Assembly: GCA_965644295.1 (NCBI GenBank)
Contig: CBFFRP010000234.1
Coordinates: 124,001 to 188,000, forward strand
Direction: 5' to 3'
Length of the DNA stretch: 64,000 bases
Origin: Paraphysomonas bandaiensis
Lineage: Eukaryota > Protista > Chrysophyceae
The notes below the pieces were generated by a model, which ran no database searches, was not told the origin of the DNA, and saw only the letters and a program-made list of their open reading frames with translations. This document shows positions 1 to 12,603 of this stretch, in pieces. Each line of letters opens with the position of its first letter. Within the stretch, counting starts at the first letter, position 1. Position numbers and translations under genes: made by a program.

Positions 1-1160
1 TCTTCATCACTATCTTTTCCTGGTAGTGTACGATGTACGATGCTATACCATAATACATACATATCATAAATTTTATTGGAGCTCTCTACTTCGTATATCG
101 TGTATGGTGGGAGCCAATACGAAATATTACAATATATATTTAGAGCGCATCTTGTACTCATTTATTTATTCCTCCTGAAGGGAAATCTCTTAGCTTTTAG
201 CTCCGGCTTTTAAATAGCTACAGTAGGAAGTGGCGGTTGTGCTAACCACAGAACTTTAAGGAAACTGCTCCCGATATTCTCAGAAAACTTAATATCACTA
301 TGTGCTATCTAATGTTGGGTTATAGATTAGAGCTACATTGCTTTGTGATGGTTTACAAGCTATATTGGTACAGGTTTTTAACGCCTATTGCTAAATAAAA
401 AGACTTTCAACAATGGTTTACAAGCAGCGTCTGTTTATTTATAGTTTATAGTTATGAACTTATAGACGTTGCAAAATACTGTGAGGATAAACGCATTGTA
501 TTGCAATATATATATATTGATGTAAAGGTCCTCGTCAATACATTCAAATATATTGTTCATGAACACTGCAATATACTGAATCTTAGCTACTATTTTTAAA
601 AAAACTATGGCAGTGGTCTTAAAAGTAATAGTGTAACAGTATATATAATATATAGGAGTATAAAAACTGGCGAAAACAGTCCGTACCATAGCAGTATTTC
701 TACGCAGTGCGCGGATAAAGACAGCATATTTACACTTTACCATCATATACTTATCGAATCCATTTGTCTAACTCATCAAGATAAACAGTCTTATATCGTT
801 GCTACATTAGGAAGAAAAGTGGAATATTGGTGGGAAGGTACAGCTTTAGATTGTCAATGACTTTATTAAAGTATGTACAGTATATGTGGGAGTTCTGGTG
901 AAAGATATGATGAACAGTACATACAGTACATGTACAAGTATATCTTCAAGATATCTGGATGGACAGTGCTGGATTTTCTGGGATTTTTGTTGCAAAATAT
1001 GTGCTATTTTGATATTGCTGACGGTGAAATTTCGAATTTTGTGTGCAATTTCTCCTACATTGTCCTTGACTACGCACATAAAAATCAACCAACAGGGTCA
1101 CTGGGTGATCCATTGAACCATTGCGACAATCATTTCCGTTCTATAGCACTTGCTTCAACG

Positions 1161-2210
1161 ATGTCAGTTCTAATCTCTGCTTGCCTTGTAGCAATAGCTC
1201 TTACACTGGGATATCAATATAACCGGCATATCAATCGCATTGAAACACTATCGCGGACATATGCTCCGCTCTCCTGCCATAAAATCGGAGATCATCTGTT
1301 ACACGGACCCGAGGACATTGCATTCTCTAGAGGCAATGGTTTATTGTTTGTTTCGTCTCATAATAGACGAAATATGTCTTCCACGGGCTCACTATACACT
1401 GTCAATGTAACCTCTGAAGTAGTACGACACTTTGACATCTTATATCCTGACAACTTTAGACCTCATGGAATGGCGATAGCTCAATGTGAGAGTTTAGAAA
1501 TTTTGTTTGTTATTTCACATCGACACGAAACTAATATGATGCACACCATCGAAGTGTTCGAATATAATTTAGAACACGACTCGCTTGAACACGTCAGAAC
1601 ACTCGCCAGCAGTAAGCTAGTCAGTCCAAACGATCTCATAGCATTAGACTGTAACAGATTAATAGTGTCAAACGATCATGGTGATGGTATATTACCGCGC
1701 CTTCTTTGGGATGATGTCACCCAGTCCCGCAGGTCTGACATGGTTTACTTCGACGGAAAAGATTGGCATTTTCTGAATACTTACGCTGCTTTTGGAAATG
1801 GATTGATTTTGCACCACCAAGCTGGAAGAGATTACCTTCTCCGCTCGTCAGCTGCTGACTACTCTCTCTTAACCTACGAGATTCTGCAGTCCCAAGATGA
1901 GCATTTAACTTTGCGCTTAGTTCATGACGAAAAGTTGCCACTCTCTCCTGATAACATCGAGTTTGATGAAGTGACCGGCGGGGTAGTGATTACTGGTCAC
2001 CCCTCTACTGGTCAGTTTGTCCTACATGCTGCACTTCATTTGCCTTCACCATCTGCCTCGATATTGTACCACGGGTTCGGAAACTATTCCTCATTGTATT
2101 ATGATAATGGACAGCAGTTATCGGCTTCTAGCGTTGCTGTTCGAACTATAGACGGGAAAAAGGTGTTTATTGGTCAAGTATTTGACTCATTTCTATTAAT
2201 GTGTGCGTAG
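1161..2210 (+). CDS. Paraoxonase/arylesterase (PON-like six-bladed beta-propeller lactonase) with N-terminal signal anchor; intronless
   Basis: Motifs GPEDI, FRPHGM, ISH, SPNDL, FGNGL, PDNIE, GHP match PON-family Ca-ligand/catalytic positions. Likely start is ATG 1161 (MSVLISACLVAIALTLG, hydrophobic anchor), not 873. Confidence 0.85.
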   Translation: MSVLISACLVAIALTLGYQYNRHINRIETLSRTYAPLSCHKIGDHLLHGPEDIAFSRGNGLLFVSSHNRRNMSSTGSLYTVNVTSEVVRHFDILYPDNFRPHGMAIAQCESLEILFVISHRHETNMMHTIEVFEYNLEHDSLEHVRTLASSKLVSPNDLIALDCNRLIVSNDHGDGILPRLLWDDVTQSRRSDMVYFDGKDWHFLNTYAAFGNGLILHHQAGRDYLLRSSAADYSLLTYEILQSQDEHLTLRLVHDEKLPLSPDNIEFDEVTGGVVITGHPSTGQFVLHAALHLPSPSASILYHGFGNYSSLYYDNGQQLSASSVAVRTIDGKKVFIGQVFDSFLLMCA

Positions 2211-2627
2211 TATATGTATGTTTAATGTTTATCACTGAACCTTGAGTAATAATGACTGATATGCATATATAGTTTTACATTCAAATTACTAGAAGTACTG
2301 TTTAGTCTTTACAGGAAACATTTGGCACTATGTCTTTGTAAACGAACTAAAGTATACATTATACATGTATACATCATATCTAAGCAAGATGTAAATCCGG
2401 ATGAGACCTGAAAAGCTAATTCAGAAATAGTTTATGAAATTTAGGTATTGCTGAGAGCGGTATTGAAAATAACATTATAAGGTATCGTCGGAATACTTGG
2501 GTCAAATAACTGAATTCAATAGATAAGGAAAAATCATAAATCAAAGATATTGGATAATTGGATCCTGTTCATAGTCAGAATGCCACCAAGGAAGAATTAT
2601 ACACACAACAAGATAAGCCCCTAAAAA

Positions 2628-3855
2628 TTAAGATACAAGCACAGTAGTGTCCACCCATGTTACATTTGTACTATAGTCTAGAACATCCTCAGCAAAGCGT
2701 TTCCCCTGAATCCTTCCCATTAGCCCTACTCTACCTACGTGTCCTCCGTGTCTTGGCAACACTACACCCTGACCCTGAAAACTAGTCTTAATTTCGATAC
2801 CGATAAGTAGCAATCTCATACCTTGTATTTCAGCAGAATATTCTTATCCTTGCACTGAATCTTCACCAGCAGCAATGTTCTAAAGTTAGCAACTGCGGCG
2901 CAGGGCGACATCTTGCTGTACGGAAATACGTTGAGGTTATGGAATGTTGCGGACATGTGCATACCTCTTGTCCGCACCCCTGGCAGTGGTATCGTATCTC
3001 ACCGGAGCATTAGGATCCATTAGCTCATTGTTGTTTATCAGAAGTAATAAATCAACTTCCTCTAGGCAGCACGAATCAAGTAGGGAATACACAGCTCCAC
3101 CCGGAGGCACTGTAAAACATAGCCTTAGTCCAGCCGAGCAGCAATGTAATCAAACATTACGAAGTATTCAACCAGTGCCAATGAATAGGAAAAGATTACG
3201 CACCTACAATATATGAAGGGCGAGATGATTCAAATACAGTATCTCCCCCAGGCAACAGTAATTTTACACACACAAAGTCCTCAGACTTATTGGCGAGCTC
3301 GAAATACCCACTCAGAGCAAAAGCCCCACCCGCTGGAAGCTTTGTGCCATTCTCACCGTACAGATATCCCCTTTGTAGAATAACCCGTCGAGCGGCAGGG
3401 ATACCCGGAATACTCAAGGACTGTTGAGTAGGGGTACCATCCTTGGCTATGGAGATCGCATTTTTGACATTACCAATTTTAGATTTAATGATAGTCTTGG
3501 AATCACGTGGCCCTTCACTATAATTTCGGCGCCTCATAATGTCACTTTCAAGTAAGCGTTGAACTTCCAGTTGGATTCTCTCCCCCGGAGTTTCGCCACG
3601 TACGCATCCAAGACAAAGCTTGATAGCCCCATCTACAAGACAGTTCTCGCACACAACTCCCCCACATTCCCTGCAGTGATGCTTCCATAGTCTCTTCACT
3701 GGCGGCATCGGAGCAAACTCAAATTTTGAGTCACAGTTACGACAATACTTCACATTATCTTTGTCTTCCCAATTGGCTCCTCGCTCATCCTCTATCTCTT
3801 CCTGTTCCATCCTCTCCTGCACAGCTTTGGCTTTCTTCACAAAGTTGCTTATCAT
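2628..3855 (-). CDS. FYVE zinc-finger protein, about 4 exons
   Basis: WEDKD...CRNC...KHHCRECGGVVCENC...LCLGC. The frame continues through GT-AG introns (exons VPPGGAVYS..., KMSPCAAV..., GQGVVLP...) to TAA at 2628. Confidence 0.8.
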
Positions 3856-4246
3856 TGAGCTCCTGGTCAGATATCGACACTACCAATACTACCAAATAAT
3901 GTAGAGCTTTCATTGTCATCCGTACAGGTCTCTATTTACTCCAACGATTAGCATGTGTCGAGCTAACAAATGGCCCAAGTGTTGCATGGATCTGATAGTG
4001 GACATGTCCATACATATACGTGCACACCAACTGGGGGATATTTCTGCACATATGTTCAGAGTCACTGTATATACCACAGTATATCGGTGTCGTGGTACAG
4101 GAATACCGTATAGCACACCGCTCTCGTATACAGTGTACTCCTACACCATAGTACCACAGTACAAAGTGGTAGTGTATTATTGTATACGGTACTGTATTCA
4201 TGTGCTAATTGTGTTCTCAGTTTAATGCTCTGATTGTCTGTCAGTC

Positions 4247-4278
<32 letters not shown>
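4247..4278. repeat. Compound microsatellite (CA)7(TA)9
   Basis: Direct reading; lies 20 bp upstream of ATG 4298. Confidence 0.95.
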
Positions 4279-4297
4279 CTCTCCTCCACAGTCAGTA

Positions 4298-7200
4298 ATG
4301 GCAAAGCCAGTTGCTCCACCTGCGGAATTACGAGTTTGTATCGATCGAATCAGTTCCTTCATCGATAGTCTGTCAGAGGGCTCGAATAATGACTGTGTTT
4401 TCAATAGTGTTAAGATCGTATTCGACGACACCATCTCCCCTCTTATCTCTATGCTCACGACACTGGCGCGTCATATCAATGAGATGCAAGGGATGGAAGG
4501 GTCAGAATCTGTGGTGTTCAGCATCAGTCAGCTGAGAGGAGTGTACACCGCATTAGAGGTCGTGTGGAGCTGGGGATTATACCCGATGTTATCCGAGATT
4601 GTTAAGAGACCCCGAGAAATGCACCCAAAAGTTATGGTAATCTCAGAGGAGAATATGCGGTGTCGGTCGGAGGAACTTGTGGCATCTTGTTCAGGAACAA
4701 GTATTGGTGAATGGCGTGGCAATGCTATTATGCGAATGCTCTCCGTTCTCACAGAGGTGTCTTTCTCACCCCCATTCCGAGCCATGATGGCAGCTAGGAA
4801 TGAAACCAGAGTATTTTGTGTGTGTATAGCTGTACTGTCAGGTGAATCCGACATCTCGTTTTTGGAAGAGCACAAGCAAGTGGCTACTCGGTTTTTTTCA
4901 GAAGCATTATTGAGTGGAGGGGTATTTAACGACAGGAAAGAAGTAGTTCATGCCCTTCGGTATAGTGCAGCGGTTGGTTCTGCTCGGATGAGAACACTGG
5001 CGGGAGAAGGATTAACTGCAGTTCTTATGCAAGAAGATGGCCTGCGAGTAATGCTTTCTGTCTACCTTGACGGTGAGTGCATTTGCATTTCTGGGTGACA
5101 GTATCTGCCTTTCATGTACTGATATACACGTGTACTGTTGAAATTTTTATTGATACGTAATAGTACTATCAAGGCTAAATACTTTCTCTACTTTTAGGAG
5201 TATCGGATGGTTCTGATGCGACTGGCTGCGTCATTCGATTGGCTCGTCTTCTGACGTCGGTTCCAGCTTCCTTGCCTTCCTTCCTTTCAATTACTCCTTC
5301 CCCTGAAAACGTGGGGTGTGTGTACTTCGAAAATATTAGTAGCCAAATTACGTCACTGCTACTCCAATTGCACGAATCTAAGACTGTTCAGCCAGTATAT
5401 ATATCAGCTTGTGTCCTTATCGTGCACCGCGTGTGTTTCCTTGCGGCTGATACTGCGTGCATGTATATCATGCGAAAGCTATTTGCTCCATTGCTAGCAG
5501 TTCAAGATAAGGATGTGCGGATACCGGCTGCAGATATGGAGCGGAGGTTTAGCCTTGCTGTCGAAGTTCTACACTCCATGGTGACGCTGCATCCACTTCA
5601 CACCTCTGTGGTGCAGTGTTTACACAAATCTGGTGTCCTTTCCGCATCTCTCTCAGCAACGGTTCATATTTTGTCTAGTTACCCACTCTGTGGTCTCAAG
5701 CACCAACTCATAAATATATGTAAGGAAATTCTTCCGCGAACCGAGAGCCGCTCTGCAATAAATCTGGTGGAAAATCTTATTGTGCATAAGCAGCCGGCTG
5801 CATACTCCGCAGGGGAAACTGGGGGGCTAATAGTGGTTCCTCCATCAAGCGAAAAAGTGGGCGATAAAAGTTCCCTTGGTATCTCTGCTTTATTGGGAGG
5901 ACTAGGAGTAAGCTCTCCCGCTGGGGAAGAGGGTGATGGATATGAAGCTATTGTACAGGCCGCCGCGCTTTCCTACGCCTCATCAGCTCTGGATACCGAC
6001 GAAACTGCGGCCAACGATATGGCGATGTTTAACGAAATTCAGGGCGTCATTTCTCGAGCAAAAGGGATGGCAGCACTGTTTCTATCTATATTTCATACAG
6101 AGGGTGAGACTTCTGGTGAAGAAAAGGTCACCCCTGAACAGGACCAGCAAGAAGATGATAGTATTCCATCTGGTCTGTTTCTACGTGTTCTGAGAGGATA
6201 TCTGGGTATGCAGAGTGAACAACCGGATGTAGAAAACGACACTCTACTACCACCTCATATATCAGGCATGATCCTACTTGTACTGAAAAGTCACCTGCCG
6301 CTTGATATGCTTTTACGCAATGGTAGGCCGCGCCGACTGCAGACCTATATCTTGACAAAATGTTTTTGTAGGACACGATATTCTCCTCGTGTTGGCGGCA
6401 TTTCTGGAGGTAGCTGAGATATAGATGTACTGTATGCAGTTTGTCTTATGTGAGAATTAGGCCAGAGCAAGGAGAATCAGTGAAGGGCAGATGTTAATGC
6501 CCAGTCTTGATATGAAGACAGGTACCTCTACAAATATCAAGAGCAGCCTCATCGAGGAGTTAGGAAGCCTCTCTGGCGTGGAATCGGATGTTCAGAAGGG
6601 TGAGGAGGACACTGAGACCGAGACTGTTACTACTGTGCTTGCGTTGATCGGTGGAATGCTTCGAATGGGTGCCCAGCGTCGACCTGATAGAGAAGAGAAA
6701 ATTCTAAGAGACAGTATGCTACCAGCTCTTCAAGTAATGGCTGGGGAGGATAGAGAGTGTGAAGTTAGTCAAAGTGCTGCAGATATTGCACTTATCATAA
6801 TGATTCGCCATGCTCCAGAAGAAGCTGGCGATAGTGAGAAAAATGTCACTGAAAACGACCACATGGAGGGCGGAAGTGCATTCCTGCGAGTATGTTCTAA
6901 AGCAAAGCGTGAGTATCTATATGATTCGAGCGCTGCAATGCGTGGGCTTGGCCTACGGAACATTATCGTTGCCCTGAGGGAGCCAGCCGAGGTGTTTAAT
7001 GGAACTTTACTTTTTAATGCTTTTAAATTATTTTCTCTTATTAGGCACTTTCGCATGAAGATATAGCAGAGGCGAAGGAAATCCTTCTCCATCTCCTAAA
7101 GGATGAGGATTCGTTTGTTTACCTGAACGTCATGCACGGCATATCACACCTTATTGACCAAGATAGACGGTCGTTGTATCCAGATATTCTAGCTGTGTTT

Positions 7201-7979
7201 ACTGGTGAAGCGTCGACGCCAGCTGTAAGTGTGCGACACCGGGCAGCCCTGGGTGAATCTTTATCGCGTGCCTTGCGAAGAGCTGGGGAGAGCTCACCCG
7301 TTTATGTCCCAGGCACGGTGGCTGCCTGCATACCATTATGTCGGCGGCGGGTAAACCTATCCCAACATAACGTTTCTGTGAATGTAAATTTGACTACAAT
7401 GCGCGTGAGTTCTACAGATGGGACGGATGTCAGCGAGGAAGCCCTCGAACTAGCTGCTCGAGAAGCAGACGAAGTGTTTCTCAGGCAGACAGCGTTCTCT
7501 CTTCTAGCGGAATGTATAGCTGTGGCTGGGTGGAGGTGAGCTCGTCGTGGTATAAGCACATCGTAATCATTGACTTCTGTACTGATAGTGCGGCCAAGCA
7601 CATGCGTGATGTCATAGACCTCGCTGTTGGCGCTCTCACCCTAGAAGGTAGTGGTCAGCAGGAGAGTGTCGCAGTGAGGAGGTAATGTGAGTATGAAGTT
7701 TATACTTGGCTTATATTATGCACTAGATCTGCAGCATTTCTTCTGAGATATACTCTTCAAGGACTGAAGGATAAGATTTTTCAAATCAAGGATGCTGGAC
7801 TCCACTTGAAAGATATATACCGAATATTGAAGGTGGCATGCAGAGATAGGGACAGAGTTGTGGAATTTCAAGCGAGTGCAGCACTTGGCGTGCTAAGTGG
7901 ACTCATGAAGGAGCAATTATTTTTCAGTGAAAGGCAACTCAGTGGAGAAGACCTTCCTCCAATTAGAATTTTGAATTAA
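4298..7979 (+). CDS. TANGO6: TANGO6/TMCO7/Rtp1-like HEAT/ARM-repeat protein, about 7 exons
   Basis: C-terminal RTP1-like motifs YLYDSSAAMRGLGL and LLKDEDSFVYLNVMHGI, plus VRRSAAFLL and DRDRVVEFQA. ORFs 4298, 5239, 6491 and 7132 join by short GT-AG introns; TAA at 7977-7979. Confidence 0.75.
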
Positions 7980-8862
7980 CCATCTTTCACTGACAAAAAA
8001 TAACAGCATTTGGTATTTTTAGAATTGATTATTTCAGAGTAAATCTGAACTAGTTGTTTCATATATTTGATTGATTTGTAATAAAGTACATGTGCGACAA
8101 CCATGGATCGCCTTTGAGCCATTTGTACTGACGTAGTTTATTGTTTATTATCTAAATTTGTCACTTAACCACGACTAGTTATAATACATTTTTCAGAATT
8201 TTTCCCAGTTTGATATTTGATATGCGCTAGCAAGGTATTGACAACGATTCTTGTAAATTCAAAACACTACTTGGACTCCAACTCTACGGTTATGACATAC
8301 CCTAAAATTACTTTCTGTACATACTACATACAAGAATTATATATAATATCACATACAACAGGTTTACACGATTTATTGACTTATAGCTGATTGCCACAGA
8401 AGCTTAATCAATAAACAGGTAACGCACTGTTATTCACTGCATATCTTTAACAATACTTACATCTTATTGCGAAATACTTAACAAAATAGAACTCCATGCA
8501 TTGCAAGTACATAGTGGAATATACTAACTACAGTGGAATAAATCTAAGAATATTTGTACGTGAGACAGAAAAATACTTATAAACTTTTTTTATGCAGTAA
8601 TTAGAAGCCCATGTGCTTGTGCAGTTATTATAATCGACTGGTAAAATCATTATAAGTGATATTTTAAATATAAAGTTCTAACTAAAATAAGTTATGCAAA
8701 TCGCAATTTGTTGTGAGCACGGCAGGCGCTACAACAAGGTGCGAATTCAATATCATAAAGAAGATACTACAACAGATCACGGCGCATTGCTAGCACCTAA
8801 CGTCGGTGAAAAAAGGACATATATGTTGCAACTTCAACCTCTGAAATATACCAATATAACAA

Positions 8863-9579
8863 TTACGCCTTAGGAATATCAATACGGACTTTTCGGGAAC
8901 TTTTAGTGACTGGCGATTCCTGTGAGATATTAATAGTGTCACCTCTTTTCAACGAAGTAGGGGAGGAAGGCATAGGAGGGTCTGTGTCTTTAATGTCAGT
9001 ATTAAGAGTAGCTAGTGTAGCCTTTGGGAGATGCGGCAATATGACTGATACACTGTGAGGTGCCGGCTTATCATGACAGTATTCCCTACTCTCAAGCATG
9101 TTAACAGCCCTAGGAGAAACTGTCAGGGCAGGCAGAGGAGGGGCAGGCGATTTGACAGGGTCACATTGAAAGTGAAAAGCGCTACGAGCACAAAAGGAAT
9201 CAATACTTTCTAGTCCTAATCCGCTGCTCTTAGGGCCTGACACATCCAGTCGCCAGGTCCCATGCACAGGAGAAATGAACGAATCTTCGGACTGACTCAG
9301 AACAAGCGTGTTTGCCGTCACCTTCGGTCTCTTCGGACTTAGAACGCTTCGAAGAGAGTTCTCTTTCCAATGAAATGCACTGCAATCAGCTGCTTTGAGT
9401 CTTTTGGAGTATCTGGTAGAGACTGCATTGCTGACGAAGCGGTGCTCTTGTGGGCAGAGCAGCTCGAACACTGGTCTCTCTATCTTACCCAGATGATGAG
9501 CCGCTTCATTAAACGGAGCCAGATGAATAGGCGACAGAGGAGAGAGCTTAACGGGTCGTTTTTTGTGTGTGTGAGTCAT
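8863..9579 (-). CDS. Hypothetical Ser/Pro-rich, probably disordered protein (238 aa)
   Basis: Uninterrupted 238-codon ORF, divergent from the OTU gene; possible 5'UTR intron ~9611-9800; no recognisable domain. Confidence 0.5.
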   Translation of the reverse strand: MTHTHKKRPVKLSPLSPIHLAPFNEAAHHLGKIERPVFELLCPQEHRFVSNAVSTRYSKRLKAADCSAFHWKENSLRSVLSPKRPKVTANTLVLSQSEDSFISPVHGTWRLDVSGPKSSGLGLESIDSFCARSAFHFQCDPVKSPAPPLPALTVSPRAVNMLESREYCHDKPAPHSVSVILPHLPKATLATLNTDIKDTDPPMPSSPTSLKRGDTINISQESPVTKSSRKVRIDIPKA

Positions 9580-10441
9580 ATGAGTGACTGATTCGAATGT
9601 AATGTGATTCTATAGGAAGATTCTGTCCACTGTATGTGCTCTACATCTTCTGCGGACCTGTCAATTAACTCACAGGTGTATCTGATTGTATTCGCTGCTC
9701 TGATATGTAACTATCAGTGTGCTCAGAGTATCAATGAACTGGATGATAATCACACTTGATCTTAAAGAGAGCTTGTCGTCATAGTACATACGGGACTTAC
9801 TTCACTTCCTCACAACGACCAATCAAATTCATTCAATCTATTTCTGTGGAATATGGTTGGCACGTGCAAGAAGGGTCAGTGTGAAAAAGACCACTTCAAA
9901 AACAGTGGAAGGAAACAAGTATACAGCACTGTATTTCGGGAGTTGAATTCATGAAGGACATACACATACACCCTACACTACTCCACTGCTGTATCATACG
10001 TACAGTACGTCGTACGAGTACACATGGACATGCGGTGCACTCTGCACTGCTGTATTCTGGAACTCATTTCTTCAAATCTTCGATTCTCTAGTTTTGTCCT
10101 AAGGAAAAAACTGATCATATACTGCTGTACATGTACAGTATGTACTGTATATACTGCTGTACACCCTGCACTGATATGATAGATGAGATGTATGCTGCTG
10201 TGTATGTGCGAGCACACGATCTGTCATTATCTTAAGGAACAGCTACTTAACTAACTTCATATCGATTAGAATATTCTATTAGGTGGATACTGGATCAATC
10301 AATCAACAAGCTACTCCTTTTAAACTTATTATCCGGTGATACACCCCTGTAACCGGCCCCTTGGACATACGCATATCAAGTCGTGTATAGTGTGACCCAG
10401 TAATTAGAATCGAATAGTACTCAACTGATCATATTAAAATA
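9580..10441. promoter_or_regulatory. Putative bidirectional promoter with clustered ACTGCTGTA motifs
   Basis: ACTGCTGTA at 9985, 10046, 10121 and 10153 between divergent genes; similar ACTGTA/TACAGT-rich tracts in the other divergent spacers. Confidence 0.5.
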
Positions 10442-12603
10442 ATGACACTGAACCCTAATAATAACTATGATGAGGGAAATGGCCCTTATCCCGACACATA
10501 CACCACTCCAGAAACAGATGGCAACGACGAAAACAGCCCTCCTCAGCCGAATGATATGCCAACTGCAGAAGTCGAAGCAGTGATACCGTCTCGCTTTCGT
10601 TACTTTGTAGGACAACAGGTGGATGTTCTCGATACAGTCAATAGGTGGAGTGAGGCAGAGGTACGGGTGTCATAGTTTTATATTAGTCCTTAAACTTTTG
10701 TCCTGTAGATCATGAAAGTAGACACAGAGAGGGGCAGGCTATTCGTTACTTATTTATTTTGGTCATCTAAATATGATGAATGGGTAACCCCGGATAGAGT
10801 AGCACCATTGTTTACGCACACATATAATCCCCCTAATCCGCTAAAAACTGGGCAACGAGTGGAATGTTTGGACAGTAGACATGAGTGGCTGCAAGCATTT
10901 GTAATAGATGAAAATGAAACAGAGGTGATGTACTCATTCTAGTTGTCAATGTTAGTTCTGAAAGTCATATCAATATAGGTTAAAGTCCATTACCAAAGTT
11001 GGGATCCTAAATTCGACGAGTGGATACCACGAAATAGCGGCCGGTTCAGGAGATACGGACCACACAGGAAAAAGCAAAAATTACAAGCTAGCAAAGTAAG
11101 TGTTTCAATTAACATTCTGCTGTTTGGCTAATGTATAGGGTTCAGGTTTCGATGAAATGGTCTATACCTGGAAGCAAACAGACTTCGGGGATACGTAACA
11201 GGCAGATCACAGCAGTATCAGAGATGTATTCCACGTACACTGCAGCACTGGCCCGACATAATCTCACGGTAGATGATATAGTACTCATTTTAATTACCCT
11301 ATATTCACCGAACTGTTGGTGTTATTCAGGTGTATGCTGTTGCAGGGGATGGCAACTGTCTTTTTAGATCTGTAGCACACCAAATTTACAGAGACGATTC
11401 CCTCCACGACCTAGTCCGTGAAAAGTGTATGGACTACATGGAAGCGAATATTTCATTCTTTTCTCAGTTTGTGGTGGGAGGGATGGAGACCTTCTCCCTG
11501 TACCTAGAGGCGAAACGTCAGCTAGGGTGTTGGGGGGATGATCCGGAGATTCAAGCCATGTGCGAGATATACGGGCGTGCAGCGCAGATATGGGCGCATG
11601 ATCCGCAAACTGGAGCGAGGTGTCTACGCACATTTCACGAAGCTGTCGCGCGACCGGTGTCTGCAACCTCTCGTTCACGGCCTTCTGCTTCTGCGCCCAT
11701 TCGACTGAGTTACTACGGCGGGGGACACTACGACAGTCTGGTGCCACTCCAGGGGGATCGTTTTAGTTTTGAGAGACCGGGTACCCCGGGGCATGTGGAA
11801 GAAAGAGCTATAATCCGTTCATTAGAGAGAAACAGATTAGCGGAGGGAGGAGGGCTGGAGGAGGCACAGAGGGCTTCCGATACTGAAGCCACAGAGAGGG
11901 CTGCCCTGGAAATGGCTATTGAGGTAAGTAGCAGTTGTGCTTCATCTGTTGTCTGCTGGACATAATAGTACTTCGACAGGCTAGCCGCAACGACTTGGCG
12001 AATTGGGGAGACAAGGATCTGGAGACTTGTCTGCGTCTATCCGCCCAAGAATGCGGCTCTGGGACATATGAGAACAAGGATACAGAGGAGTCTGCCGTTG
12101 CGGAGTCTCAGCAGTTGCTGATCAATAGTGCAGTAGAGCAATCCGAGAAAGAGTTTATTGAGCAGGCTTTGGAGAATAGCCTCAAAAATTCCTCGACGTA
12201 TGATGATACGGAGGCAGCCCTACTTGAGAGCGCTCGACTCGCTTCTCTTGCAGATAATCAAACTCCTTCGGGTGTGTCGGAGGATGCGGATGTTCAGCTG
12301 GCGATGGAACTTTCTCAGTTGTCGGAAGAAGAGCTGCTCGCTAGGGCTATGAAAGAATCTTTGGGAGGGTCGGGGACGCCACAGCAGATGTATTCGCCAA
12401 CCTCCATGGAAGGGGTGATGCGGGCACAGTCCAGTGCATATATTTCCAGCAGTAGAGGTGGGGGCGGGGGCGAAGAGGATGCAGATATAGCGGAGGCAAT
12501 ACGAATTTCAATGATGACTGCTGACGCCCAAAGTAATCAGCATACTAGTGGTGATGATTCTGATCTTGAACTAGCAATACAGGCATCATTTCAACATAAA
12601 TGA
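10442..12603 (+). CDS. OTU-family deubiquitinase (OTUD5-like catalytic domain) with two N-terminal chromo-barrel/Tudor-like repeats and multiple C-terminal UIMs; about 6 exons
   Basis: Catalytic GDGNCLFRSVA, WGDDPEIQA and SYYGGGHYDS. Repeats GQQVDVLD...WSSKYDEW and GQRVECLD...WDPKFDEW. UIM-like EEELLARAMKESL, DIAEAIRISM, DLELAIQASF. Confidence 0.9.

Noticed and set aside
873-1160. 96-aa N-terminal extension of the PON ORF
   Set aside because: Covers TACAGT-rich promoter-like sequence; the signal anchor and family similarity begin at ATG 1161
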